DNA from: Rebecca billardiae RCC1528
Taxonomy: Eukaryota > Protista > Haptophyta
NCBI GenBank assembly: GCA_965240325.2
Contig: OZ251228.1
Coordinates: 744,001-808,000, forward strand
Reading direction: 5' to 3'
DNA length: 64,000 nt
The notes under the pieces are model-generated. The model had not been told where the DNA came from and ran no database searches. It worked only from the letters and a program-made list of their open reading frames with translations. Every line of letters starts with the position of its first letter. Positions within the stretch are counted from its first letter, which is position 1. Below, one piece after another: positions 1 through 11,014 of this stretch. A program made the translations under genes and the position numbers.

Positions 1-253
1 CAGCCGGACGCGGACGACCGGCGTACGCACGCCGGCCGCCGTGCATGATTCGTCACGGGCTCGCGGACACCGCCCGGCGGGATGACCGGAAAGGGCGCCA
101 CCTTATTTATTGAAAAACTGCCGGACTTCGGACAGACTTCGGACTTCACCCGAACCCTCCCGCTCGGTCTTTTTATCATCGGTCTTCTTGGCCAGGCCGA
201 CGAGCGACCGCACTCCGCGCCAAAAGCGCTCGGCCGGACGGTGCCGATCGACA

Positions 254-1498
254 ATGCTCCGGCCCGCCATCGACGCGCTCGAGGTTGGTCGGCCGGCGGA
301 AGCGTACCGGTTGCTGTGCGAGGTGCTGGAGCGCACCGACGACCCCGCTATCCGGCGCGATGCCCTCCGCCTGCGCAACTTCGCATCGTGGCTCGTGGGC
401 GACTGGAGTGACATGCCGACAATCATCCAGCACTTCAAGACGGCGCGCGAGCTGACGTACGGCTCGCTCGGCGAGGGGCCGACGATGCTGGCGTCGGTGC
501 TGACGAGCCCTGGGACGCTCGAGCTCAGGCGTATCCCCGAGCCCGCCCCGCCCGGGCCCGGTTTCGTCCAGATTCGCGTGCGAGCGTTTGGGCTCAACTT
601 CACCGAGACTGGCCTGGACGGCTGGCACGTGCGCCACCTCGCGCCCGTGGCGCCGTTGGTGAACGGAATCGAGTGCGCCGGCGAGGTGGTGCAGTGCGGC
701 GAGCCGGGCCGCTTCGCGCCGGGCACGCGCGTCGTCGCGTGCGCGGGCTCGATGGGCCGCGGGATTGACGGCACGCACGCCGAGGTTGTCCTCGCTCCGC
801 ATGCGTGCGTGGTGCCGGTGTCACACACGGAAGCCGAGCTGCCGTGGCGCCAGCTGGCCGCTCTGCCCATGAGCTTCGGCACGGCCATGGGCTCGCTCGA
901 CGCGTGCGATGCCAAGGCCGGCGACGTGCTGCTCGTGCGCGGCGCGACAAGTGCCCTCGGGCTGGCTTGCATCGCGCTCGCCAAGCACGTCACACGCTGC
1001 CGTACGGTGCTGGCGACCACCCGCAGCTCTGACGATGCGACGGCGGCGCGGCTCGCTGCGGCGGGTGCCGACCGCGTGCTTGTCGACTCCGGCACGCTCA
1101 AGCACGTTGTGCTCGAGAGCTTCCCAGACGGCGTGGACTGCGCGGTCGAGTGCGTCGGCAACAGCACGCTCAAGGACACGCTGCACTGCGTGCGGCGCAA
1201 GGGCACCCTCTGCCAGACGGGCGTGCTCGGCATGGGCGCTGGCCCCGCGTTCCACTCGGTGCTCGGCGAGGTGCCGAGCACGGTCAAGGTCACGTGCTAT
1301 GAGTCGGACGGCCTCACGGCGGCCACGCTCGGCCCGCTCATGCGCGAGCTGTGCGCCGCAGTGCTGAGCGGCGCACTGAAAGTGCCGCTCGACCCCGCTG
1401 AATTTGAGCTCCGGGACATCGGCGCCGCGTTCGAGCACATGCGCAGCAAGGCGCGCCATGGCAAGGTCGTGGTGACCGTGGCACCGGCGGCGCCCTGA
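254..1498 (+). CDS. Medium-chain dehydrogenase/reductase (quinone oxidoreductase-like) with a short helical N-terminal extension
   Basis: GroES-like segment 'VQIRVRAFGLNFTE...GIECAGEVV', Rossmann 'LLVRGATSALGLA', 'GVDCAVECVG', C-terminal 'AAFEHMRSKARHGKVVV'. No intron seen; start could be ATG 254 or 485. Confidence 0.85.
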   Translation: MLRPAIDALEVGRPAEAYRLLCEVLERTDDPAIRRDALRLRNFASWLVGDWSDMPTIIQHFKTARELTYGSLGEGPTMLASVLTSPGTLELRRIPEPAPPGPGFVQIRVRAFGLNFTETGLDGWHVRHLAPVAPLVNGIECAGEVVQCGEPGRFAPGTRVVACAGSMGRGIDGTHAEVVLAPHACVVPVSHTEAELPWRQLAALPMSFGTAMGSLDACDAKAGDVLLVRGATSALGLACIALAKHVTRCRTVLATTRSSDDATAARLAAAGADRVLVDSGTLKHVVLESFPDGVDCAVECVGNSTLKDTLHCVRRKGTLCQTGVLGMGAGPAFHSVLGEVPSTVKVTCYESDGLTAATLGPLMRELCAAVLSGALKVPLDPAEFELRDIGAAFEHMRSKARHGKVVVTVAPAAP

Positions 1499-2089
1499 TT
1501 CGTGACGAGCTGGCTGGCGGCAGCTCCTGAGCGGGAGTAGTCTCCGCGAGTCGTGGCTACCGCTAATAAGTGTGGGCGGCTCGCTGCTAGCTTTGCGCAG
1601 TTCAGACCGGTCTAGACAGTATATACTGCGACGCCGCTCCAGGGCACTCGCACCATTGACGGTCGCCGCGCCGCCAGTGCGGAGTGCCACTCCACTCTCC
1701 AGCTCCCATTATTACCATAGTCGTCCCATCCGAAGTCAAAGTGGTTGCCGGCCCGCGGCGCGTCACGATGACTGCGGCCAGCCCCGGCCCGGCCGCGTGT
1801 AATGTGTATGATGAACCGCGCTGCCGCTCGGTCACTAGTCAATAGACCGTGTGCCGACCCGCCTCGGCCGGTCGGCTGGCATCAGTGCGATACATTGCGG
1901 GCTCTGACTTCGGTAATCGCCAATCGGTTGACCCCTGCCAGAGACGGGCACTGTGACGAGCTCCTTCGTCATGAAGTCACTCGTGAAAACTGCACAGGAC
2001 GCTGGACGGGACCTCAATGGATGCCTAGATGATGACTTCAGAGCGATATTCCGATATATTGATTATTGGGCCAACAAGCACTTCCTCTA

Positions 2090-2234
2090 TAGTTCAGACT
2101 CTATTTTTACTATGTATTTACCCATTTCAGACTCTGGTCAGAACACGGTCCGGGAGCGACCCGGATGCACCCGTAGCTATTGGAAATATTTCACCGGACT
2201 GGGTAAATAGCTATGAAAAATAGAGTCTGAAGTA
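2090..2234. mobile_element. MITE, family A (TTCAGACTCTA termini)
   Basis: ~35-bp imperfect inverted repeats tagttcagactctatttttactatgtatttaccca ... tgggtaaatagctatgaaaaatagagtctgaagta; related copy at 40119-40270. Confidence 0.75.
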
Positions 2235-2854
2235 GTCACAAACTGAGTTTCACACCCTGGGCACTTATTGGCCATCCATAGTAACCCTACTTGGAGCCCT
2301 GTGGGACACTTCGGGCGTTCATTCGGCCGCAGGAATGCGAAGATCATTTTCGGTACGCCCGGTTTCTATGACCGGACTGGCAGTGGCAGGGGTCAACCGG
2401 AGCCCGGAGAGCCTGCGTCAGCATCGGCATAGTATATTGACAGCAGTCGTCACGCTTAAGTCTTGGTCCCAGTATTAAACAGCATTGGCATCACACATCA
2501 GAGGCTGCGCCGCTGGTAACAGCGGCCGCGCGTCAGCGGCTCGCGGCTGGCGAGGGCTCTGCTTACGCCGCTCGGTCGGAGCAGGGAGGGCACCGGCGGA
2601 TCTGATGATGACAGTCGCAGTGCGCCCTGGAGCACAGCGGGGCTAGTGGATCAGCGCTTGAAGGTGGACCGACATGAGTGCGTGATGCTACTCCCCAGGA
2701 TGCTTGGCTGCCGACGATCGCCGCCGCGGCGGCAGGTGCAACAGTCTAGCCGGTGTGCGCCGACAGCTGCGCCTTGATCGCCGTCGAGCGCATGGGTGCT
2801 GCACAACGGGCTCGAACGCGGCGGCAGCGCGAGCTTGATCGCGGCACGAGGGGC

Positions 2855-3100
2855 TCACCTTTGAGAGCGCGGCGTCGCATTCGCCATGATCGTGGACGGG
2901 CTGAAGCTGATGGACTGGTACACGGGCTCAGCATACAGGGGCCCATCAAGCACCTTGGACGCGCGCGCCGCGAGCGGAGGGGGCGACCTGTTGTAGCCCT
3001 CGAGCGCTTTGTACAGCAGGTAGTACCCGATGGGGAGCGGGAGCAGTGGGATCAGCACCTGCCGGTAGTGCCACCCCCTCCAGTTCTTGAAGTGCGTCAT
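2855..3100 (-). CDS. Small (81 aa) putative single-pass membrane protein
   Basis: Non-low-complexity ORF MTHFKNWRGWHYRQVLIPLLPLPIGYYLLYKALEGYNR with coding-like codon usage; head-to-head with ribBA once the foldback element is removed. Confidence 0.5.
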   Translation of the reverse strand: MTHFKNWRGWHYRQVLIPLLPLPIGYYLLYKALEGYNRSPPPLAARASKVLDGPLYAEPVYQSISFSPSTIMANATPRSQR

Positions 3101-3255
3101 TGCTCGCCCGCCGGCCCGCCCACTTGGAGTGGCCCACCAAGCCGCCAGTGGAGCCAGGTCACCGGGTGATCAACCGAGCAGCTGCTCACGAACGAAGTTC
3201 GCACAATGCCGGCCGATTCTCGTGAGCACTCATATTCGAGAATGTGTCGCTCAAC

Positions 3256-4360
3256 CAAGGGTAGTAAGGGTGAGCAACTCCGCTGGCGACAGCCGCGAAG
3301 GTCGGCAGCCCTCTGTTTGCCGCGAGCGGAGCGGAGCGAGTGCTATCAGCGGCGGAGGGCGCTGAGGCCGCGCACGGCGTGAGGCGCGGCGTCGGCCGAG
3401 TCGGTCCGCGGAGGATGCGCGGCGCTCGGCCCGCTGCGCAGCGGCAGTGCGCCTCACTTTGCCCCGAGCGCCGTCCGCCGCGTCGCCTCCTTCCCGCCTT
3501 GGAGCAGCACGCATGTGCGCGCCGCCACCTTGAAGGCGGCACGGGCTTGCTCAGACGACCGCGCGCGCGTGGCGCGCGACTTGGTCGGCTGCGCGCGCGC
3601 GCCGCCGCGGTGCAAGGTAGCGCCGCCGCATGCGCGCGCCGTGCCAGCGCGAGAGCGTGTGCGCGGACCTGAGTGCGACCTCACACACATGTCGAATGCT
3701 GCTTGGCATCCGACTTGCGGACTGACGGGAAGCTGGAAAAGACAGCGGCGTGAGTGTTGGTACCATCGATGCGGAGCCTTAGCGTCCACTTGCATTCGTG
3801 CTGAGAAGGAATAGACAAGACTAGGCCTTCGTCCTGGGTATCCAATGTCACTCAACACCTCGCTGATCGACCCGACGAGTGCCAGCGTGAGGCACAGCAA
3901 ATCATTCGTGAGAGCAAGCAGACAAGCGAGCACTACGCTCATGAGATGGCCGTGAGCAAAGGCTCGCGCGGGCACGGCGCGCGCATGTGGTGGCGCTACC
4001 TTGCACCGCGGCGGCGCGCGCGCGCAGCCGACCAAGTCGCGCGCCACGCGCGCGCGGTCGTCTGAGCAAGCCCGTGCCGCCTTCAAGGTGGCAGCGCGCA
4101 CATGCGTGCTGCTCCAAGGCGGGAAGGAGGCCACGCGGAGGACGGCGCTCGGGGCAAAGTGAGGCGCACTGCCGCTGCGCAGCGGGCCGAGCGCCGCGCA
4201 TCCTCCGCGGACCGACTCGGCCGACGCCGCGCCTCACGCCGTGCGCGGCCTCAGCGCCCTCCGCCGCTGATAGCACTCGCTCCGCTCCGCTCGCGGCAAA
4301 CAGAGGGCTGCCGACCTTCGCGGCTGTCGCCAGCGGAGTTGCTCACCCTTACTACCCTTG
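3256..4360. mobile_element. Non-autonomous foldback DNA transposon (398-bp TIRs, 7-bp TSD)
   Basis: 3256-3653 is a near-identical inverted repeat of 3963-4360; termini CAAGGGTA...TACCCTTG; flanked on both sides by GCTCAAC. Confidence 0.9.
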
Positions 4361-4482
4361 GCTCAACTGTCCCTTCTCGATGGATCTGGAGACGTCATCT
4401 GTGAGCTCAAACAGCTTTCGGCAGGCTGACTGTCCAGCCACGGTCCCTGGACGTGCCTTCGCCCTTCGTTCGGGCATCAACC

Positions 4483-6788
4483 ATGGTGGTGACCACGGGG
4501 TTGCCTTCCCGGCCGTGGGCGCTGGCCGTGGCGTGCGCGGTGCTGGCGCAGCTGCCGGCTCGCGAGGCGGCGGCGGCGGCCGGTTCGTCGGGCCCGGTGC
4601 CCCGTGGGCCCGCGCGCATCCGCAGGCCGCGCACCCCGCCGTTGTGGGCTTCGAGCCAGCCGGACACGAGCGACGCAAAGGCCGCGCACGCCGGGCTGGG
4701 CGCACACACGGTCGTGGACGCGCTCGAAGCGCTGAAGCGGGGCGAGCTGGTGCTCGTGACGGACGACGAGGATCGCGAGAACGAGGGCGACCTGATCATG
4801 GCCGCCGAGTTCGCCACGCCCGAGTCGATCGCGTTCATGGTGCGGCACACGTCGGGCGTCCTCTGCGTCTCACTCGACGAGGATCGCGTCGACGAGCTCA
4901 AGCTGCCGCCGATGATCAGCCGGAACGAGGATCCGAAGGGGACGGCATTCACGGTCTCCGTCGACGCCCGCGAGGGCACGACCACCGGCATCTCGGCCAG
5001 CGACCGCGCCGAGACGCTGCGGCAGCTGGCGGACCCGGCGCGCGGGTCTGAGGATTTCCTCAGACCTGGGCACATCTTCCCGCTGCGCGCGAGGAAACAC
5101 GGCGTGCTCGCGCGGCAAGGGCACACGGAGGCGGCGCTGGACATGTGCAGGCTGGCAGGTCTGCGGCCCGCCGGCGTGCTCTGCGAGGTGGTCAGCGCCG
5201 ACGGCGCCTCGATGGCGCGGATGCCGGAGCTCCAAACGTTCGCGGCCGAGCACAGCCTCGTCATCACCACCATCACAGACCTTGTGCGCGCGCGCGCGCG
5301 CGCGGCGGGGCGAGGGGGCGGGACGGGACGCCGGCGCGACGGGACGCTGGCGCGACGGGACGCCGGCGCGACGGTCGCGCCAGCGCGCGCGCACGCTCCC
5401 GCGCCGCCATGGGGCCCTCCCGCGCACGGCGCGGCGGCTCATGCGCACATCCCTCGCCGCGCCGATGCCCCGGCCGGCGCACGCGAGCGCGCGCAGGTGG
5501 CCCACCGGCTGCGCCACGACACGCTCGTCGAGCGCATCGGCACGCCGGCGCGGATGCCGACCAAGCACGGCCTGTTCGAGGCGCACGCCTTCCGCTCGGT
5601 CACGGACAACGTCGAGCACATCGCGCTGTGCAAGGGCGGGCCATGGGACGGCACCGATGCGGATCCTCTGCTTGTGCGCGTGCACTCAGAGTGCTGCACC
5701 GGCGACGTGTTCGGCTCGCTGCGCTGCGACTGCGGCACGCAGCTCGAGGCGGCGCTGCGCGTGATCGAGCAGGAGGGTGCGCGCGCCCGCGCCCGCCGAC
5801 GCCGCCGCCACGCGCGTGCCCGAGTGCCCGCGCCGAGCCGCGCGCGCCATCACCCCGGGTGCCGACGCGCGCGCGCGTGCGCGCGTGTGCGCGCATGTGT
5901 GCGTCCTGTGCGCGCAGGGCGTGGCTGCCTGCTCTACCTGCGGGGGCAGGAGGGGCGCGGCATCGGGCTCGCGCACAAAATCCGCGCGTACGCGCTCCAG
6001 GATAAGGGGCGCGACACGGTGCAGGCCAACGAGGACCTCGGACTGCCTGTCGACTCGCGTGACTACGGTATCGGCGCGCAGATTCTGCGCGGGCTCGGCG
6101 TCACCTCGATGCGCCTCATGACCAACAACCCGGCGAAGGTGCGGTGCGCCTGGCAGGGGCCGCGCGGCGCGCGGCGTGTGCGCCTCCGTGTGTGTGTCGC
6201 GCGCGGGGGGGCGGGGGGGGGGGCGGCGTCGGCACGCGCTGCGCGCGGTGGCCGCAGGGCGTGCCCGGGCACGCACCGGCCGCACCGCTGCGTGGCGCGC
6301 ACACCCGCGTCGCCCGCGCGAGACGTCACGTCCTGTGCCCACCGCCCCTCGCGCGCGCGCGCGCCGCGCGCCCTCCGACGCGCGCGCAGTACGCCGGGCT
6401 CTCGGGCTACGGCCTCTCGATCGCCGAGCGCGTGCCGTGCGTCACCTCTGTCAACGAGGAGAACGTGTCCTACCTGCGCACCAAGCAGCAGAAGATGGGG
6501 CACTGGCTGCCGACGGACTTCGACGCGCTGCTGGACGGCGGCGGCGATGTCCCCGGCGCGGGGACGGCCGCGGCGGACGTGGTCGCGGAGGCGGAGGCGG
6601 CGGCAGAGCCCGAGGCGCAGCTCGCCGCGATGCGCGCGCAGCTCGCTGAGGCGTGCAAGGAGCTCGACCAGCTGCGCGCGCTCGCGGAGGGCGCCGAGGC
6701 GGCCGCCGGCGCGGACGGCACGCTGCCAATCGCACGCGACGCGCTGCGCGGACGGGAAGCGAACGGCCAGCGGGGCGCCGGCGCGTAG
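4483..6788 (+). CDS. ribBA: Bifunctional DHBP synthase / GTP cyclohydrolase II (riboflavin biosynthesis), probably plastid-targeted; introns 5284-5496, 5777-5917, 6139-6389
   Basis: [45 protein letters not shown] (RibB); [37 protein letters not shown] (RibA); hydrophobic N-terminal leader; GT-AG introns restore the protein. Confidence 0.95.
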
Positions 6789-7233
6789 CCGCGTTGCCGC
6801 CCGCATGGGCCGCGCCGGCGGCCGGGCCGCAGGCGCTGCTGCCTGATGAGGATGATGCCAGGCGGCGCTCTGGTGGAGCGCTGCTGCACGCTCTCGAGTC
6901 TCGACGACGACGACGGCGCTCGCGGCTGAGATATTGATGACGTCATCACATTGCTGCCGCGGCTACGCAGCAGTACGCATAGATTCTTGGCATCATGGTC
7001 ATAGATAGCTATGTAGAGTCTTATTGGGCCGCGCTTATGCTGCCGCCTTCGATTGGCAGACCAGCCGCGCGCAGCACAGCAACGACTTCTTTTTTAAAGC
7101 GGCCGTTAGCGTGTCCAGCGGCCAGATTAATTTTCGAAAAATTACTATGCGCTGCGCGCGCGCCCCTAGGGGGCGGCGCGCGCGCGCGGCTGGTCCCCCC
7201 TGCATGCCCGCACCGTCAGCTGCCTGATTGCCG

Positions 7234-10055
7234 CTACCCAGCCCCGCTACCGTCGCGCGCGACATCCGCGCCGTAAATCACCGTCACCGAGCGGTCCGGC
7301 GAGCGCGCCGCCATCAATTTGCTCCTGAGTGCCGAAAACTCCTTCTCCGGAAGCCCAGCCTCCTCGCGCAGGAGCTTGCGCGCCGTCATGCACTCCGCGA
7401 TCAGGTCGATCGCGTCGGTCTCCGCCCTGCGCTGCCATTCGCGCTGCCGCTTGGCGTACTTCTTCAGCCAGAGCCGCCGCACCTTGTCGCCGAACTCCTC
7501 TGCCCACGTCGCAAGCGACACGCGGCGCACGAGCTGCGCGACCGTCGAGATGTGCGGCTCCGCCGTCGACTTCTTCCCCTCGGCGTACTCGCGGACGAAT
7601 GAGTCGAGTGACTTGCGCGCGTGCACGAGCGGCATCGCACGCTTGGTCACCTGCACGAAATGCCCCTGCACCTGCTCGTCCGCGAGCTGCACGAGGCGCC
7701 CCCGCCGCCTGAGGCGAGACGCCGTCTGCGCCCGCCTCCGTGACCGCCCAGACGTTGAAGCGGAGCGGTGGGACGTTGTGCGAGCCCTGGCCGGCGAGGC
7801 TGGCGAGGCTGACGTAAGCGCCGGTGCACGCCACGATGGCCTTCTGCTCCTCCGCGTAGTCGGCCGCCTCGGCGCCGCCGCCAAAACCGCCGCCGGCCGC
7901 GCTGCCGCCTGCCGAGGCAGTGCTGCCACCGAGGCCGCGCTGCTGCGCGCCGCCGCCGGCCGCGCCGCCGCCGGCCGCGCCGCCACCAGCCGCACCACCA
8001 CCCGCACTGTCAGCCGCGCGGCTGGCCGCGCCACATGCCGCGCCACCGGCCACGCGGACGCCAGCACCGGCTGTGCCGCTAGCCACGCCGCTGCCACTGC
8101 CGGCCGCGCCGCCCACGCCGCCGCCCGCGCCCGCGCCCGCGCCCACGTTGCCAGCCGCGCCCCCGGCCGCGCCCCCGGCCGCGCCGCCGGCCGCGCCACC
8201 GGCCGCGCGGACGCCAGCGCCAGCGGTGCCGCCAGCCACGCAGCTGCCGCTGCTGCTGCCACCAGTGCTGCTGCTGCCGCCCGCACCGGCCGCGCCGCCG
8301 CCGGCCGCGCCACCGCCGGCCGCGCCGCCGCCGGCCGCGCCGCCGCCGGCCGCGCGATCGCGAGCGCTGTCAGCCGCGCCGCTGTCCGCGCCGCCGGCCG
8401 CACCTCCGGCCGCGCCTCCAGCCGCGCGGACGCCAACGCCAGCTGTGCCGCCAGCCACGCCACTGCAGCTGCCGCCCGCGCCGCCCGCGCCGCCGCCAGC
8501 ACCCGCGCCCGCGTTGCCAGCCGCGCCGCCGGCCGCGTCCGGCCGCGTCGCCGGGCGCACCGCCGCCTGGCGCGCAGTTGTCGGGCGTGCCGCCGTCGGG
8601 CGCGCCGCCACCGGGCCCGCCATCGCCCGCGCTGTCAGCCGCGCCGCCGGCCGCGCCGCAGGCCGCGCCACCGGCCGCGCGGACGCCAACGCCGGCTGTG
8701 TCGCCAGTCACGCCGCTGTCGCTGCAGCTGCCGCCGCTGCTGCCGGCCGCGCCGGCCGCGCGCGGCCGCGCCGCCGGCCGCGCCGCCGCCGGCAGTGCCG
8801 CCGCCGGCCGCGCCACCGCCCGCGCTGTCAGCCGCGCCGCTGGCCGCGCCGCCGGCCGCGCCACCGGCCGCACGGACGCCAGCGCCGACTGTGCCGCCAG
8901 CCACGCCGCTGCCGCTGCCGCTCGCGCCGGCCGCGCCGCCGCCCGTGCCCGCGGACGCGCCCGCGTTGCCAGCCGCGCCGCCCGCCGCGCCGCCGGCCGC
9001 GCCGCCGACCGCGCAACCGGCCGCGCGGACTCCAGCGCCGGCGGCACCGCCAGCTACGCCGCTACCGCTGCCGCTGCCGCCGCTGCCGCCGGCCGCGCCG
9101 CCGGCCGCGTCGCCGGCCGCGCCGCCTGCAGCGCCGCCAGCCGCGCCGCCCTGCCGCGCTGGCCACGTGCAGCGGCGGCAGCTGGCGGCGCCGGTCGCGG
9201 TGGGAGCCGGCCGCTCCGGATCACGTCATTGATCCCGTCGGCGTCCGCACTCCATAGCTCGGGCATGTCCGAGTCCGGCCGCTCCGAGATGGCGATCGCC
9301 TCCGACGACGCGAGCGCAACACCCTCATAGTTGCGCACGATGGCGATCGTGGCCGCGCGCGAGTGCGCTGCGTTTGGCCCGTGTCCGCCGAGAGGAGGAG
9401 GACATGCGGCTGCCCGCGCGGGCGCGCGGACTTGCCGTAGTGCTCCAAGCGATCCAGCACGGCGCCCACGGCCTGCGCCCACGGCCGCGCCGCCGACTCG
9501 CTGCCGATCATCATCACGCCCGCGCCCGCGTGCTCGCGATTGCGCAGCGCGCTCTCACGTGAGCCAGCCACCGGCGGCGGGATCGGGTGGCGCATGCCCA
9601 GGTTGAGCCACGTCGAGAACTCTCGGGCTGGCGCGAGCCCACGATGCTCAGTGTGCGGTCCTTCTCGCGCGCCTAGTGCACGACGCCCTCGTCGTCGAGC
9701 GAGGTGAAGGCATGCAAGACGAGCGCGTCTCACGAGAAGAGCCGCAGCTTGGCTACACGCAGCAGGTTGTTCTTCTTCCGCTGGGCCTTGATGGCGACGA
9801 GGCTGTTGACGCTGCGCTTGACCTCCGCCAGGTAGTTCTCGTTCGGCATGATCGAGTGGTCCACCTCGCTCGCGGCCTCGCGCGCGCGCAGCTTGAGCAT
9901 CTCGTGCGGCTGAGCGCCGCGGCCATGCGCAGCCATGCAGATGCGGCAGAGACGTGGCGCCCGATGCGTTAGGCACCTTTGCGATGCAGCTTGGGCTTCC
10001 TAGGCTTCGCGCAGGAACGCTTGCCCTTGCCCACGGTGAGCACAGCCGTCGCCAT
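7234..10055 (-). pseudogene. Decayed gene inside the CAC element: globular N- and C-terminal parts around a long Gly/Ala repeat
   Basis: Coding-like segments in different frames (MATAVLTVGKGK..., EVDHSIMPNENYLAEVKRSVNSLVAIK, STWLNLGMRHP...HVLLLSADTG, IAIVRNYEGV, KAIVACTGAYVSL, QGHFVQVTKRAMPLV...VTVIYGADV) separated by stops and frameshifts. Confidence 0.65.
7930..9150. repeat. Nested tandem repeat: GGCCGCGCCGCC micro-units within about 6 degenerate 150-250-bp units
   Basis: Recurring anchors 'ctgtcagccgcgc' (~8005, 8365, 8630, 8825) and 'ggacgcca(g/a)c' (~8057, 8210, 8428, 8680, 8875). Confidence 0.85.
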
Positions 10056-11014
10056 TGCTGCGCGCGGCGAGCGCGGTCCGGCGCGGCCGTGCCGGGCGCA
10101 GCCGCAGCAAGTTAGTCTGATGCAAATTCCCGGTCACCCATGCAAAAGTAAGCGTTCCCGCTGCGCATGTGCGTGCATCACGAGTAACCCGCCGCCTGAA
10201 TAACAACTCCGCGCCCCTCCATACACTTCCTGCATCCCCGCGCGCAGCGGCGTGCGGGCGGGCGCGAATTCGCACCGTGTTACGAACAGACCTAGCAAAG
10301 TAGATCGGTGTGGCGCGTCGGGACGCGGAGCGGGTGCGGGGCAGGCGGGGGATAGGTTGGGGAACACCCGCGATTAGAGCACCGGTGGCGCAGCGGCGAC
10401 GTGGACGCCGCCACACGCGCACGCACGGCGCGCGCTCGCACCGCGAGTCGAACGTCCGCTCGCCAAGCCCTGCGACGGCGTCCGTGCGACGCCGAGCGAC
10501 GAACGCTCTCGGGATTTGGCCCGGACCACCAGATTCAGCCGTTAACGGCCGAAAATTCATTTGTTGGAGTTTCCTTAACGGCCGCTTTAAAAAAGAAATC
10601 GTTGCTGTGAGAGTTATTTCGCGTAGTGACTAGTGTCAGTGAGCCGGCGGACCTGCTGAACTGACATCAGCGAGCCCAGGCGGATATAGGGCCCGCGGGC
10701 CCGGCCCCGAGGCGGGCCCGAGGCCCGTCGTCGGCCCGCCCCCGACCTGAGCACTCACCGCCTCACGGCAGGCCTAGGCCCAGCCTCCAGGCTCCAGGAC
10801 GGGTCACCTGGCCTCGTCGGTGCCTGTCCCCGAGTGTCGGACTGTCGTCTGTCCGCGCATGGCGTTTCCGGTTTCGCTCGCCGCGAGGCGGAGGCCTCGT
10901 GGGCGCCGGCGCGAGGTTGAGCTAGCATCATGATGCGCTGGCACCGTTATTAGATGAGCTAGTCATCATCATCATCATCGCGTCACTAGTAACTCACGTA
11001 TCACCGGCGGTAAC

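Larger units (their letters stand above)
7075..10609 (-). mobile_element. 3.5-kb TIR element with CAC termini and 2-bp TSD (CMC/EnSpm-like), non-autonomous
   Basis: 34-bp TIR CACAGCAACGA(C/T)TTCTTTTTTAAAGCGGCCGTTA at 7075 and inverted, ending at 10609; AG immediately flanks both ends. Confidence 0.8.

Noticed and set aside
7075-7081. CACAGCA resembling the RAG recombination-signal heptamer (Transib/ProtoRAG)
   Set aside because: No 5-bp TSD and no RAG/Transib motifs in the internal ORF.
7930-9150. CRISPR-like repeat array
   Set aside because: Repeats are degenerate GC micro/minisatellite units without unique spacers; eukaryotic context and no cas genes.
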